Of a stretch of DNA of 64,000 nucleotides, positions 50,847 through 62,789 are shown in pieces (the stretch's first letter is position 1; the number at the start of each line of letters is the position of its first letter). The notes beneath the pieces were generated by a model. That model made no database searches. It saw only the letters and a program-made list of their open reading frames with translations, and had not been told where the DNA came from. This stretch comes from Anolis carolinensis (Eukaryota), in the NCBI RefSeq assembly GCF_035594765.1, contig NC_085841.1, positions 68,557,574 through 68,621,573 of the forward strand, given 5' to 3'. A program made the translations under genes and the position numbers.

Positions 50847-51270
50847 CATCATTATTATTAGGGTGCTGTGAACCATGAAACTGTACAAAACCAGCCACCC
50901 AGCATTACAAAACTCTACAACCAGGACAGTAAATAAAGAACAACACTCTGAAAACAGGAGAATTCCAGACAGGAAACAATCAAGGCCATCTTTGAAGCAG
51001 CAATACTGCTCTGTACTACAGAAGCTGACTAACCAAAGATTCCCCTAGGTAGCAAGCAGCCAGGCTTTGACGCAGCGAGGCTATTCATTGCAATTCTAGC
51101 AGCCCAAAAAACTATTCTCCTAGAACGCAAGTTCCCAGGCTTCCTAGCAGCAATCCTATTCCATTGCATTCCAGCTCACCAAACAAGGATTCCCATAAGA
51201 AGAAAACCATCAGGCTTTGAGGCTGCAAGGCTATTCACTGCTATTCCACCTGGCCAACAAATGATTCCCA
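50050..51270 (+). repeat. Tandem array of ~280-300-bp Penelope-derived units separated by (ATT)n, decaying to ~70-bp units
   Basis: ACAACCAGGACAGTAAATAAAGAACACTCTGAAAACAGGAG..TTCCAGACAGGAAACAATCA recurs at ~50328, ~50614 and ~50918. The same sequence is on the minus strand at 56060-56310. Confidence 0.8.
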
Positions 51271-51280
51271 TAAGCCACGG

Positions 51281-51811
51281 TGTTGGGTTATCTAAGCAAT
51301 CATGCATGCATTTTCAATGTGAGATGGTTTATGTAGTTAGTTATGTTTGTTGCTTAGTAACCTGAGCCAAGCTGCATTCCTAAACACCATTTAGGGGGTT
51401 TTGCATATGAAATGGGAAATGGGAGTATCCTTTTCTGGGGACACACAGGAAGTGATGTACAGATGCCTCTTCCTGCCTCTTCCTCTTCGCTCCTGACCAT
51501 GCCATGCTGATGTTCCTGTCTGTTAAGAGATATGTAGTTTCCTGAACTGTTTTTCTTTGGAACTAAGATGTTTTTGCCTGTATGACCATCATCATACAAG
51601 ATTGTGAGTAAACATATTTTTGCTATTTTATTTGATGTCTCTGATGCTTATTTTATGCGCATGACCTTTTAAAGGGAAAGGGAGGCTGGATATTTTGTCT
51701 TATTGTTTATTTCCTTTTTACCTCTGCTCACATAAACCCCTAGTCTTCTGAGTTTTTACTACTCTGCACCAATATTTAACCATATTGGGATCATAATCTT
51801 AACAGGTTATG
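51281..51811 (+). mobile_element. Copia-like LTR plus the start of its primer-binding site
   Basis: TGTTGG (51281) ... TTAACA (51804) is immediately followed by GGTTATG, the start of the recalled Copia-type GGTTATGGGCCCAG PBS. AGTAAA signal near 51607. Confidence 0.6.
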
Positions 51812-51879
51812 AATGAAAATATATTCCTATTACACTGCAACATGTGGCTGGGCACAGCTAATTATATATAAACTACCTA

Positions 51880-52100
51880 ACAGTCAATATCAGATCCTGT
51901 CTGATCTTGGAAGCTAAACAGGGTCAGCCCCGGTTAGCACTTGAATGGGTGACTGTAGTGGATACCAGGTGCTGTAAGGCTGCATTTCTGAGGAAGGGAC
52001 TGGCAAAACTATCTTTGAGTATTCCTTGCCCCCCAAAAACCACCCTCTATTACATTTATTGGGTCATCCTAAATCAACAGGCCATTTGAAGAAACATATA
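51880..52100 (+). mobile_element. 5S rRNA-derived SINE (5S-Sauria-like)
   Basis: GATCCTGTCTGATCTTGGAAGCTAAACAGGGTCAGCCCCGGTTAGCACTTGAATGGG..ATACCAGGTGCTGTAAGGCT follows the 3' part of 5S rRNA, then continues into a non-5S body. Confidence 0.8.
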
Positions 52101-52622
52101 GAATGGGTATATAAATTCTATTAATATCTAATCTGCTAAGTACAAAAGTATAGTCAAAGTACAAAAGCATGAAAGCAATACAAAGAAGGTAAGAAGAGTG
52201 TGGGGAATAATGGACCATGCCAAAAAAGTGTTTTAAAAAACACAAGAGTACAAAGGACTAAAACAACAAATTTTAAAATAGCAATAGTCAGTTCAGAGAC
52301 CAAAGTCTTTTTTAAAAAAAACAATTAAAATTAGTTCTTCTTAAACACCCAAGAAAGCAAAAATACTTCTGCTGGAACCTAAAATAAGATAATAGATAGT
52401 CTATTTTATACTTTAAATAAAGCATTAATCTTCTGAAAAATATTTAATAAATAGAACAGATTCTAGCTGAATAAATGGAATGTCCATCTACCTTTGCCAT
52501 TGAATCTACCAGATATCAGGGGCAAACAACAGGCTAGTGTCTTCCCTCTTTTATCTGTTATTGTTTTAAAGTAGCTTATGTTTTTAACCAGTTTTAATTT
52601 TATGATGTTTTAATTGCTCTTT

Positions 52623-52948
52623 GGGCCCCTAGTGGTGGCGCAGTGTGTTAAAGCGCTGAGCTGCTGAACTTGCAGACAGAAAGGTCCCAGATTCAAATCC
52701 CGGGAGTGGCGTGAGCGCCCGCTGTTGCTCCAGCTTCTGCCAACCTAGCAGTTCGAAAACATGCAAATGTGAGTAGATCAATAGATATCACTCTGGCCGG
52801 AAGGTAAGGGCGCTCCATGCAGTCATGCTGGCCACATGACCTTGGAGGTGTCTGCGGACAACGCCGGCTCTTCGGCTTGGAAATGGAGATGAGCACCAAC
52901 CCCCAGAGTCAGTCACAACTGGACTTAACATCAGGGGAAAACCTTTTT
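52623..52948 (+). mobile_element. Sauria SINE, full length
   Basis: A-box TGGCGCAGTGTG, B-box GATTCAAATCC, diagnostic body and GGGGAAAACCTTT end. Confidence 0.9.
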
Positions 52949-53889
52949 AATTGTTCTTTAACATTTATACCCTATTAGTATTAACTGGTGTAAGCTGTCC
53001 CATACTGGGAAAAGGTAGATTACAAATAGATATAAAAACATCTGAGTGAATGGAACTGACCCATTTATATAAATAAAAAGGTAATGTCCATTTGTGGGAC
53101 CTCATATCTTCCAAACTATTTCACCAATTGCTACGAAATTTGGGCACAACGTAGCATTTAAACTGTTGAGTGTTTCAAGGTATTCACATACTTACTATCA
53201 CAAGCCTATCACACCTCAGACAGGTAAAACCATGCCCCTTAGCAATGGCCAATCTGTTGCACCCCTAGGCTACAGAGGCACTTCAAAATCACACTGGAGC
53301 CCCAGAATATGAGCAAAGCAAGCTGTTTATTGAAGATTATATGCAAGCAGTAGCAAATCAAGGTTCAAAGTAAATGAAATAAGGTTTAAATCCACAAGGT
53401 AGAAAATACTCGGGAATCTTGAAGCAAGACACAGAAGACACAGAAGATCTGAGTCCAAACAGGATATCAAAATTAGTCCAAACAAGGTATCGAAATTAAT
53501 CCAAGGCACAGGATCAAACTGGAATGCAGGAGACAAACCTCAAAGTTTAGTCCAAGGGACAGGATCAATGCTAGAACACAAGGCAGGATCTTGACTGGAA
53601 CAGGAATCCAAACTGCAAACTGCTGGAATACTAACTGGATATCCAAAAATCTCCAAAGACAAGGACAAGTCTGGAACAAGACTCAAGGCACAAGGCTGCA
53701 TGAATTGACATGGAAGTTCACAGAAACATGGAGCATGAAGCAGGGATCTCTCTCTCAATGAGCAATGTTACTACCTCTGAATCTCTCACAGAAAACAGTG
53801 TCTCTTAAAAGTAAACTCAAGGCCTTTTTCCGTGGGAGGTCTGCTCATTCTTCTTTCTCAATAACAATCTCTGGCAGCGCCGAAAACCC

Positions 53890-54754
53890 TGTCATGCTCA
53901 AGGCAGCGGAGCACCAAGAACCATACACGGAGGCCAATAAACTATCTAATATCTTTATTAAGGAAATATATAAGAATGATAAAAACAAGCAGAAAATATA
54001 GTCCAGAAGCAGACCTTTCAAATGAGGTCAAATATAGTCCAGAAATAGTTTGTCCAATAAATGATATTAGAGTCCAAAGATAAAATCCAATAAACCGAAA
54101 CACACACTATTGCCAAGCAATAGTGTGGGGAATTGTCCAGGGTCTTTCAAGGTCCAAGGTAAAATCCACAACAAGGCTGGAAACAAAACTTGATTCTAGG
54201 AACAAGGTCCGTGACTATGAACAAGGCAAGGCAATTCTTGAATACTTGAATAAGCAAGGCAAGGAAACTGGATTTGCGAACTTTGCGAAGTCCACACAAG
54301 GCTGGAACATGATTTCACTCCTGAAGCTGCTCTGTTGTCTCCACACGGAATCAACCGTGCCAGGCACCTTTAACTGGGTCTTGTTTTCCCGCCAAACAGG
54401 TGTCCAGCGATCTCTTTCCCTAGAGAACGGGAAGCAAAACCCAACTTTCCAGATGTGAGACTCCCTGGATTTTCCCAGGGGAAACATGGCTAATCAGTGT
54501 CTTGTTTGGCTGCAATTCTTAAACTCCTGCGAACCCGCTCTTTCACTCCCCTGTCTGCAGCAAAGGACTGTCTCCTAGCGAAGGGAGGTGAGAGCTGTTC
54601 AAGGTCTGTTTTAATGGGCTCTTGGGCAAGAACATCAACATCAAGCATCTGGAAGGATTCCGGCTGTTGTTGTTCCGGAGAAAACCCCATGTTTTCATCT
54701 TCGTCAGCCACAGTGACACTAGGAGCGGGACTACAAGGCCCATGAGGCATCACA
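53890..54754 (-). mobile_element. Solo LTR, Ty3/Gypsy-like (copy 3, nested)
   Basis: Minus-strand TGTGA...TGACA with a perfect 5-bp TSD AACCC. Homologous to copies 1 and 2. Confidence 0.93.
54490..54753 (-). CDS. Conserved LTR-encoded ORF, copy 3
   Basis: VMPHGPCSPAP...SPPFARR...RRSLRIAAKQDTD*. Same length (88 codons) and LTR register as copy 1. Confidence 0.6.
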   Translation of the reverse strand: MMPHGPCSPAPSVTVADEDENMGFSPEQQQPESFQMLDVDVLAQEPIKTDLEQLSPPFARRQSFAADRGVKERVRRSLRIAAKQDTD

Positions 54755-55430
54755 AACCCTCCCTTTCTCTTCTGTGCTGATAAATCACTTTCTTTTGGTC
54801 AAGCTCATTAGCCTTATCACAACTAGAATCCCCATCTGGCAAAAGAAAGTCTGACCTTGACTCCTTCAAGGAATGTAGTTCAAGCTGCTGGCTTGAAACC
54901 ATTGTTTGCCTGTTCCCAGAATCCTCCAAACCAAGCTCTGGCTGCATAGGAATCTCAGGCTCAAACTCAGAGTCCTTTGACAAGTCAGGTGCAGTAGCAA
55001 TCTCAGGTGTAGGAGCAAACACAGAGTCAGGAGCAGGAGCAATCACAAGTTGAACAGGCCCAACCTCAGGTCAGGCTACAACACAATCAGTCTCCTCCTC
55101 CCTAAGCAACTGTCGAGGCATATGGCTTCTCCCCTTAGCAATGGTGCTAGCAATGGCCAATCATTCTCCTCCCTTTAGCAACCGGCATGGGTGGGGCTGC
55201 AAGGGATGGCTAGGCCCACCTCCTTGCCACTCAGTTCAGCTTGGCGATTTATGCAAAGCTGAAGCTCTGTGGCCTAGCCACGGAGAGGAGGGATACTGAG
55301 AGTTAAAATCCTTTTTTTGAGCTCCAGCAAGATGAATGAGAAAAACCACTACTGTACTTATTATATTCTTATAAGTTTATTACATTATTATTATATTTTA
55401 TTATTATAGTTATTATATTATTATATTATA

Positions 55431-55654
55431 GGTAAAGGTAAAGGTTTCCCCTGACGTTAAGTCCAGTCATGTCTGACTCTGGGGGTTGGTGCTCATCTCC
55501 ATTTCTAACCCAAAGAACCGGCGTTGTCTGTAGACACCTCCAAGGTCATGTGGCCTGCATGACTGCACATGGAGTGCCGTTACCTTCCCGCCGGAGTGGT
55601 ACCTATTGATCTACTCACATTGGCATGTTTTCAAACTGCTAAGTTGGCAGGAGC
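55431..55654 (-). mobile_element. Sauria SINE, 5'-truncated, within an AT-rich low-complexity tract
   Basis: GGTAAAGGTAAAGGTTTCCCCTGACGTTAAGTCCAGTC... matches 15802-16138. Confidence 0.88.
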
Positions 55655-55924
55655 TATTATATTATAATATTATATTATAACTGTATCACAGTATAATTAT
55701 ATTATTATAATTGTATTACATTATTATTATATATTATTTTAATATTATAATATATTACACTACGTAACACTATGATTTTTGCTCCTAGGTTTATCAATAT
55801 AATTATTTCCTAGGGTTCTATCATAAAAACATGGAAAAAGGTTTATTAAGCTGTAAAAAAATGTTGCTGCGGGACATCCTGAAGCACATTACATTATTAT
55901 ATTATAATTATATTTTTGTTGTAT

Positions 55925-56051
55925 TTTTTTTACCCGTGTCAGGAGCAACTTGAAAAACTGCAAGTTGTTTCTGGTGTGAGAAAATTGGCTGTCTGGAAGG
56001 GTGTTGCCCAGGGGATGCCCAGATATTTTACCATCCTGTGGGAGGCTTCTC
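55925..56051 (-). mobile_element. 3' fragment of a SINE (possibly Vingi-partner type)
   Basis: GTGTCAGGAGCAACTTGAAAAACTGCAAGTTGTTTCTGGTGTGAGAAAATTGG..TTACCATCCTGTGGGAGGCTTCTCT. Second copy at ~6186-6311. Family name uncertain. Confidence 0.6.
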
Positions 56052-56059
56052 TTTATATA

Positions 56060-56320
56060 TCTTTGGAATGCCCAGGGCGGGAAAAAGAACTCTTTTCTGT
56101 TTGAGCCAAGTGGGAATGTTGCAATTGCTCAATTTGATTAGCATTGAATAGCCTTGCAGCTTCAAAGCCTGGCTTCTTCCTGCCTGGGGGAATCCTTTGT
56201 TGGGAGGTGTTAGCTGGCCATGATTGTTTCAAGTCTGGAATTCCTCTGTTTTCTGAATGGTGTTCTTCATTTACTGTCCTTCATTTACTGTCCTAATACT
56301 GGTAGCCAGATTTTCAATAT
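56060..56320 (-). mobile_element. Penelope-like element fragment
   Basis: Reverse complement CCAGCTAACACCTCCCAACAAAGGATTCCCCCAGGCAGGAAG..CCAGGCTTTGAAGCTGCAAGGCTATTCAATGCTAATC is recalled as lizard Penelope terminal-repeat sequence. Confidence 0.7.
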
Positions 56321-56979
56321 TAGGGAGGAGGAGGAGGCACTGGGATTGCTCCCTGGGAAGAGCCTATGGCTTCTCCCAGCAAAAAACCCCCCCAAAAAAA
56401 CAAACAAAAAAAACATGGAGGCATGGCCAACAAGGAAACCACACTCTCTGTCATTCTCCCCAAGGCGAGGGCAGAGAAAGAAAGAAATCTATATCAATCC
56501 ATCCATCTATCTATCTATGTTTACAATCAGAAGCAATCTTTACAATTCTACGGTTTACATCAGGAGACGGATTCCTTATCACATGGACAGTAATATGTTC
56601 GGTGTTCCAGAGTCGCCAAACCAAACAATCTCCATATCTTCATAGACTATGGAGCCACCACAAATATTGCTTACCCACAAGCATTCTGAAATCACATATA
56701 TCTGAAACCTAATCTTTCTCTTTCCTTTCTTTCCCATTGAACCAGACTGGGCCACAGCGATGTGTGGCCAGGTACAGCTAGTACCTAATTTCTTATTGTG
56801 TGGATTAGAATCTAGAGTAGTTATTCCCTATACTTCTCACTTCAGTACTCAATAATACTGAGCTTGAAATTAAATGTTTTAAAGTGCCTCTTTTGTGAGA
56901 AAATATATTTAGAAATATATATTTTTACATCAAACATGTATATAAATCAGTATTCCAGTATGTTTTTAATTTAAATTCC

Positions 56980-59900
56980 AGATTTGGGTAAAAGACACAA
57001 TGGAACTACAAGGGAATAGATAAAAGTCTGGTCAGACTCACAAACCTCATCAGGCGCACTTTAAACCAGATCCACTATATTACCCACAACCATAGGGTAC
57101 TGCCAAAAGGCTAAACGGAGGGCTGCACAAACACAGCAAGGACCAAGTACAGAGAGCACAATAATCTCAAATAAACAGCCCGGGGGGAGGTCACAGGGGC
57201 TTACATGTCTTTACACTAAGGCACAGAGCATGGGAAATAAGCAAGACAAACTCCAATTCTTAGCACAGCACCACACATACGATGTCATAGGCATCACTGA
57301 AACCTGGTGGGATGACTCCCATCACTGGAATTTAGCCATTGAGGGCTATAACCTCTTTCACAGAAATAGAACAAAGGGGAGAGGAGGGGGAGTAGCTTTA
57401 TATGTCAAAAACAGTTAAGTTGCAGAAGAAATGCAAGACTATAATCCGGGAAACCAGCTTGAAAGCATCTGGATAAGAATCAAGGGAACCGGGACTCAAA
57501 AAGATCTTGTTGTGGGTGTCTCTACTACAGACCTCCGAGTCAGGATGAAGGACTTGATGAAGCCTTCTGTCAACAGCTGACCAAACAGGCACAAAGAAGA
57601 GATATAGTAGTCATGGGTGATTTCAACTATCCCGATATCTACTGGAAAACAAACTCGGCCAAGAGTACAAAGTCCAACAAATTCCTCACTTGCCTTGCAG
57701 ACAATTTTATGGTCCAGAAGGTAAAAGAGGCAACAAGGGGATCGGCTACTCTTGATCTAATCTTAACAAATGTGGAAGACCTGATCAATAAAGTCGAAGT
57801 GGTCGGATCCTTAGGGGCAAGTGACCATGTGCTCCTGCAGTTTGCCATACAAAGGGAGGCTGAAACTAAGACAAGTCAAACACGCATTCTGGACTTTAAG
57901 AGAGCTGACTTCCAAAAAATGAAGGAATTACTGAGTGGCATTCCATGGACACCAATATTAAAAAACAAGGGAGTTAAGGATGGATGGGAGTTTTTCAAAA
58001 GTGAAATACTCAAGGCGCAAATGCAAACAGTGCCAACAAAGAAGAAAAATAAGACAAGTGCAAAGAAGCCAGAATGGATGTCCAAAGAACTTCTAACTGA
58101 GCTAAGAGTCAAAAGAGACATGCACAAGAAGTGGAAAAGGGGAGAAATCATCAAAGAAGAATTCAAACGTATAGCCAACTCCTGTAGGGAAAAGGTTCGC
58201 AAGGCTAAAGAGCAAAATGAGCTCAGGCTTGCCAGGGACATAAAAAACAACAAAAAAGGCTTTTTTGCTTACGTTGGTAGAAAAAGGAAGAACAAGGAGG
58301 TGATAGGGCCACTGCGAGGAGAAGATGGGGTGATGGTGACAGGGGACAAGGAAAAGGCAGAACTACTTAACGCCTTCTTTGGCTCGGTCTTCTCACAAAA
58401 AGAAAGCCATCTTCAATCTCAGCAACATGGAATGGACGTAGGATTGGGGGAAATCCAACCCCAAATAGGGAAACAAGTTGTCCAGGAACACCTGGCCTCT
58501 CTAAACGAATTCAAGTCCCCAGGGCCAGATCAGCTACATCCAAGAGTATTGAAGGAGCTAGCAGAAGTTATTTCAGAACCACTGGCAATTATCTTCGAGA
58601 GTTCTTGGAGAACAGGAGAAGTCCCAGCAGATTGGAGGAGGGCGAATGCGCTCCCTATCTTCAAGAAGGGAAAAAAGAACGACCCAAACAATAACCGTCC
58701 GGTCAGCCTCACGTCGATACCAGGCAAGATTCTGAAAAAGATCATTAAGGAAGTGGTCTGCGAACACTTAGAAACAAATGCGGTCATTGCTAATAGTCAA
58801 CACGGATTTACCAAAAACAAGTCATGCCAGACTAATCTGATCTCTTTTTTCGATAGAGTTACAAATTGGGTTGATATAGGGAATGTTGTGGATATAGTGT
58901 ACCTGGATTTCAGTAAGGCCTTCGTCAAAGTCCCCCACGACCTTCTGGCAAACAAACTAGTAAAATGTGGGCTAGACAAAACTAGGTGGATCTGTAATTG
59001 GCTAGGCGAACGAACCCAAAGGGTGCTCACCAATGCGTCGTCTTCATCTTGGAAAGAAGTGACAAGTGGAGTGCCACAGGGCTCCGTCCTGGGCCCGGTT
59101 CTGTTCAACATCTTTCTTAATGACTTAGACGAAGGGTTAGAAAGGACGATCATCAAATTTGCAGACATCAACAAACTGGGAGGGATAGCTAACACTCCAG
59201 AAGACAGGAGCAGAATTCAAAACGATCTTGACAGACTAAAGAGATGGGTTGAAACTAACAAAATGAAGTTCAACAGGGACAAATGCAAGATACTTCACTT
59301 CGGCAGAAAAAATGGAATGCAAAGATACAGAATGGGGGACGATGCCTGGCTCGACAGCAGTACATATGAAAAAGATCTTGGAGTCCTCGTGGACAACAAG
59401 TTAAACATGAGCCAACAATGTGATGCGGCAGCTAAAAAAGCCAATGGGATTCTGGCCTGGATAAATAGGGGTATAGCATCTAGATCCAGGGAAGTCATGC
59501 TCCCCTCTATTCTGCCTTGGTCAGACCACACCTGGAATACTGTGTCCAATTCTGGGCACCGCAGTTGAAGGGAGATGTTGACAAGCTGGAAAGTGTCCAG
59601 AGGAGGGCAACTAAAATGATTAATGGTCTGGAGAACAAGCCCTATGAGGAGCGGCTTAAAGAGCTGGGCATGTTTAGCCTGCAGAAGAGAAGGCTGAGAG
59701 GAGACATGATAGCCATGTATAAATACGTGAGGGGAAGTCATAGAGAGGAGGGAGCAAGATTGTTTTCTGCTGCCCTGCAGACTAGGACACGGAACAATGG
59801 CTTCAAACTACAGGAAAGGAGATTCCACCTGAACATCAGGAAGAACTTCCTCACTGTGAGGGCTGTTCGGCAGTGGAACTCTCTGTCCCCGACTGTGGTG

Positions 59901-60052
59901 GAGGCTCCTTCTTTGGAGGCTTTTAAGCAGAGGCTGGATGGCCATACATCGGGGGTGCTTTGAATGAGATTTCCTGTTTCTTGGCAGGGGGTTGGACTAG
60001 ATAGCCCATGAGGTCTCTTCCAACTCTACTATTCTATGATTCTATGATTCTA
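56980..60052 (+). mobile_element. CR1 LINE with near-complete but disrupted ORF2
   Basis: CLYT..SMGNKQ, GITETWW, GGGVALYV, YYRPP, MGDFN, SDH (APE); QHGF, YLDFSKAF, SGVPQGSVLGPVLFNIF (RT); (ATTCTATG)n tail. 5' boundary approximate. Confidence 0.95.
57200..59963 (+). pseudogene. CR1 ORF2 pseudogene (APE-RT)
   Basis: In-frame TAA at 57416-57418, frameshifts near 57520 and 59505, and the RT catalytic FADD altered to FADI at ~59158-59170. Confidence 0.9.
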
Positions 60053-62723
60053 TTGTAAAGAAATTGATTGTATTACACACCTTGATATAAAAACAAGTTG
60101 TAGTTTTACATAGTCTTTAGCCTTCTCTGTCAAAGAGTACTGGTGCCTCACTAAATTACAAATCCCAGGATTCAAAAGAAGTGAACAACAGCAGTTAAAA
60201 TTAATTCTACAGTGTAGATGCACCTCAGGAGAACATGAAACTGTTGACAGTTTGGCATTTGCCATACAAAACACTAGTTTTAGCCAAAAGAGTTTGAAGC
60301 CTTATTGTGCCACTCAAGCTCCTACTTCTAATTAGATCTCTTCTGTCCGTCTTTTCTAGAGAGGGTCTGGGAATTATTGAGAGTCAAGCCAGCAAGGCAT
60401 AAGCACAGTGCGTGCTCACTGACCATAGCCTTATTAGATTAATGCAGAACTGCTGGATGTCACTGTGCACAAAATAGTGCATCTGGGATGGCAACAATTT
60501 CTCTAGCTGCTGTGACATGACTATACATCAGCCACACACCTCTACCATCTAGGATAGCTAACTATTTGTACACAGGTCTTTCTACCTCTCTCCATTCCCA
60601 GATCTGGAAGATCATGTTTTCAAAATGCGAAGATATCACCAGAGATAGATTTAGCTTCAGTATGTTCTTCACTGTGCACACTGAATTGAAGAAGCCATTT
60701 GCTATGAGCAGAACTCAGAGAGCACAGTCTGTAGTAGAGCAGATGTTTTCCCACCGATAAAATTCTCAGTCCAATCTTCTTCTAAAAGACTTAAGATAAT
60801 AAGGGAGAACTTCTGCCTGACACTCTGAAAAGTTTCTACAAGTCTGAATAAATGATAGAGACCAGGTGTAGTTACATGACTACAATTCTTAGGGAACTGA
60901 CTGATATGCAGAGAAATGTGGTGCTTCTCCAGGTCACAGAACTGGAAGAAAAATCTTAATAAACATCAGTGGAGCAGGAAAGGTTGGATTCTTGTACATG
61001 AAGCACCTTTAAAGGGGTGCCTTGGCACCTGTTTCCATCCATTTTCAGTTGGTACATGGGATCGCTGATCAGTTTAAAAGTAGTTGAATATCAAGGCACC
61101 AAAAAGTTAAGAGCAAAAGGAAGAGATTGGAGAGAGGCACTATGATTGCAGCCATTTAGGTCCATTATCCTATTTCAAATATGGCAGGAACCAGAACACC
61201 ATAACTGATCCTCTATTGTAAATGGCCTAATAGTAATAGTACTGAGCTGGAGGGCAGGGAGAAGGAATTCCTTAAAGGATGACAGTAAACCTTCTAGAAG
61301 GCCCACAAGTACACATTCAGTATGACATAGGCTAGGTGGACCAAACAGGATGGAAATCCTAGTAGGAATTGTGGCAGTTCATGTAGCTGCTGGATACATT
61401 TTGCTGTGTATGTGTGTAGCTGTCCCTGGAACATATTATTACTGACTTAATAGCAACCCTAACACAAAGTCAAATTCAGTACAGAGGCAGCTTTGTACAT
61501 TAATGTGAATTCATAATATGAATTTGTAAACAAATTATGGAGGGTTTTTTAAATTGCAAAAATAATTAATTTACTTGTTAGTACAGTTGGTCCTTCACAC
61601 GTTGAGGTTTAGCTTTTGTAGATTTGATTAAAATGTTATCTCTAGGAGTCTCTGGGCCCTCCAGTATAGTTTTATGGACAGCCTCTAGCAGAAGTTAACC
61701 AGTCATGCTGGAGGATTTAGCAATTCCTAGAGAGTTGTACTCTTAGGTTAAAAAAATCATGTTACAAACCCCAGTGAATATATATTAGAATTAATATAGA
61801 CTCATACACAATTTGGGATAGGAAATCCATATGCTTTTGAGTTTTCACTGCACTCTATGGAGGGGAAAAAGTCTGTTTGATAGCATGAGCATATTTGTGC
61901 CAAAACGGCAAACATTTCTGAAAGACTCAATAGAAATAATTTGGAGGATTTGCTCACAGCCATTTTAGGCAGTGAGCCATGTGGCTGTTACCTTGAGGGC
62001 ATTATTGATCACTGGCTGGAAATAGAGGAGCGGGGCAGAGTCAAAAAGGAATTTAACTATATAAGGTATAGGTCATAGGGAAAATTTAACACTTAAGATC
62101 AGCAGTTTCTCAGAACTGCATCTTTTCATGGGTTTAAAAAAACTACATATTCTAATTTCTGTGCAGAAACTTTCTAATAAATCCTTGTTTCACCTTCCTC
62201 ACCTTTCTGTTTTGGGCTTATAGAAGGGTAATTGCTGAGGCACCCATGAAAGGTGTCATTTCTAAATGTGAGAAACAGTCCTCATGCTGTGTTTAGAGAC
62301 CTAGAATCATTCAAAATAATAACTGAATAGGATTAGATTCTAAAAGAGTATTACTTTTATTATTCTTTGATTGCTTCCCTGTCTAAAGTGACAGGCCATC
62401 TGCTCTCACTTTCTTAGGCCCCTAAGAGAATGCCTGGAATGGATTTTCTACGCATAGACTGGGACATGTTTGCAAACCTGGCTTGGTTCCAAGTGAAGGT
62501 TCAAATGTGGAAGTTACTTTATCTTTGGATGCTTTTGGCTGTTTGGAACACATCAACAAAGATATAGTGATAGGAATTTTCCCTCCCAATCTCCAGTAGA
62601 TTTCTGCACCTCGCGATAGTTAACATGGATGTATGTACCAACAGGGAGTTACAATTCTGTTAATGTACATATCTATTTGAAAATTTAAAAAAATGTATAT
62701 ACATATTTCTGTTTCAATGTATT

Positions 62724-62774
<51 letters not shown>

Positions 62775-62789
62775 GATAGATAGATAGAT
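62724..62789 (+). repeat. (GATA)n microsatellite
   Basis: TAGA iterations. Confidence 0.97.

Larger units (their letters stand above)
49511..51861 (+). mobile_element. Non-autonomous Helitron-like element A
   Basis: A|TCTATATATATAAAAATGTAATG 5' end; 3' end GTGGCTGGGCACAGCTAA|T (CTRR, AT target). Subterminal hairpin arms AGCCAC (51273) and GTGGCT (51844) are split by an insertion. Confidence 0.75.
53255..55083 (-). mobile_element. Solo LTR of a second Gypsy-like family (outer), interrupted by a nested LTR
   Basis: TGTTG...CAACA termini with a perfect 5-bp TSD CAATC. Confidence 0.9.
53064..56781 (+). mobile_element. Non-autonomous Helitron-like element B with nested insertions
   Basis: 5' A|TTTATATAAATAAAAAGGTAATGTCCATTT resembles the start of element A. 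3' hairpin GGCCACA-GCGATG-TGTGGCC (56750-56769), then CTAG|T. Confidence 0.75.

Noticed and set aside
51880-51982. 5S rRNA gene
   Set aside because: Diverged, 5' part missing and continues into a SINE body, so it is a 5S-derived SINE.
56060-56320. Hammerhead ribozyme expected in Penelope terminal repeats
   Set aside because: No CTGANGA...GAAA core with flanking stems is visible; the fragments stop before that region.
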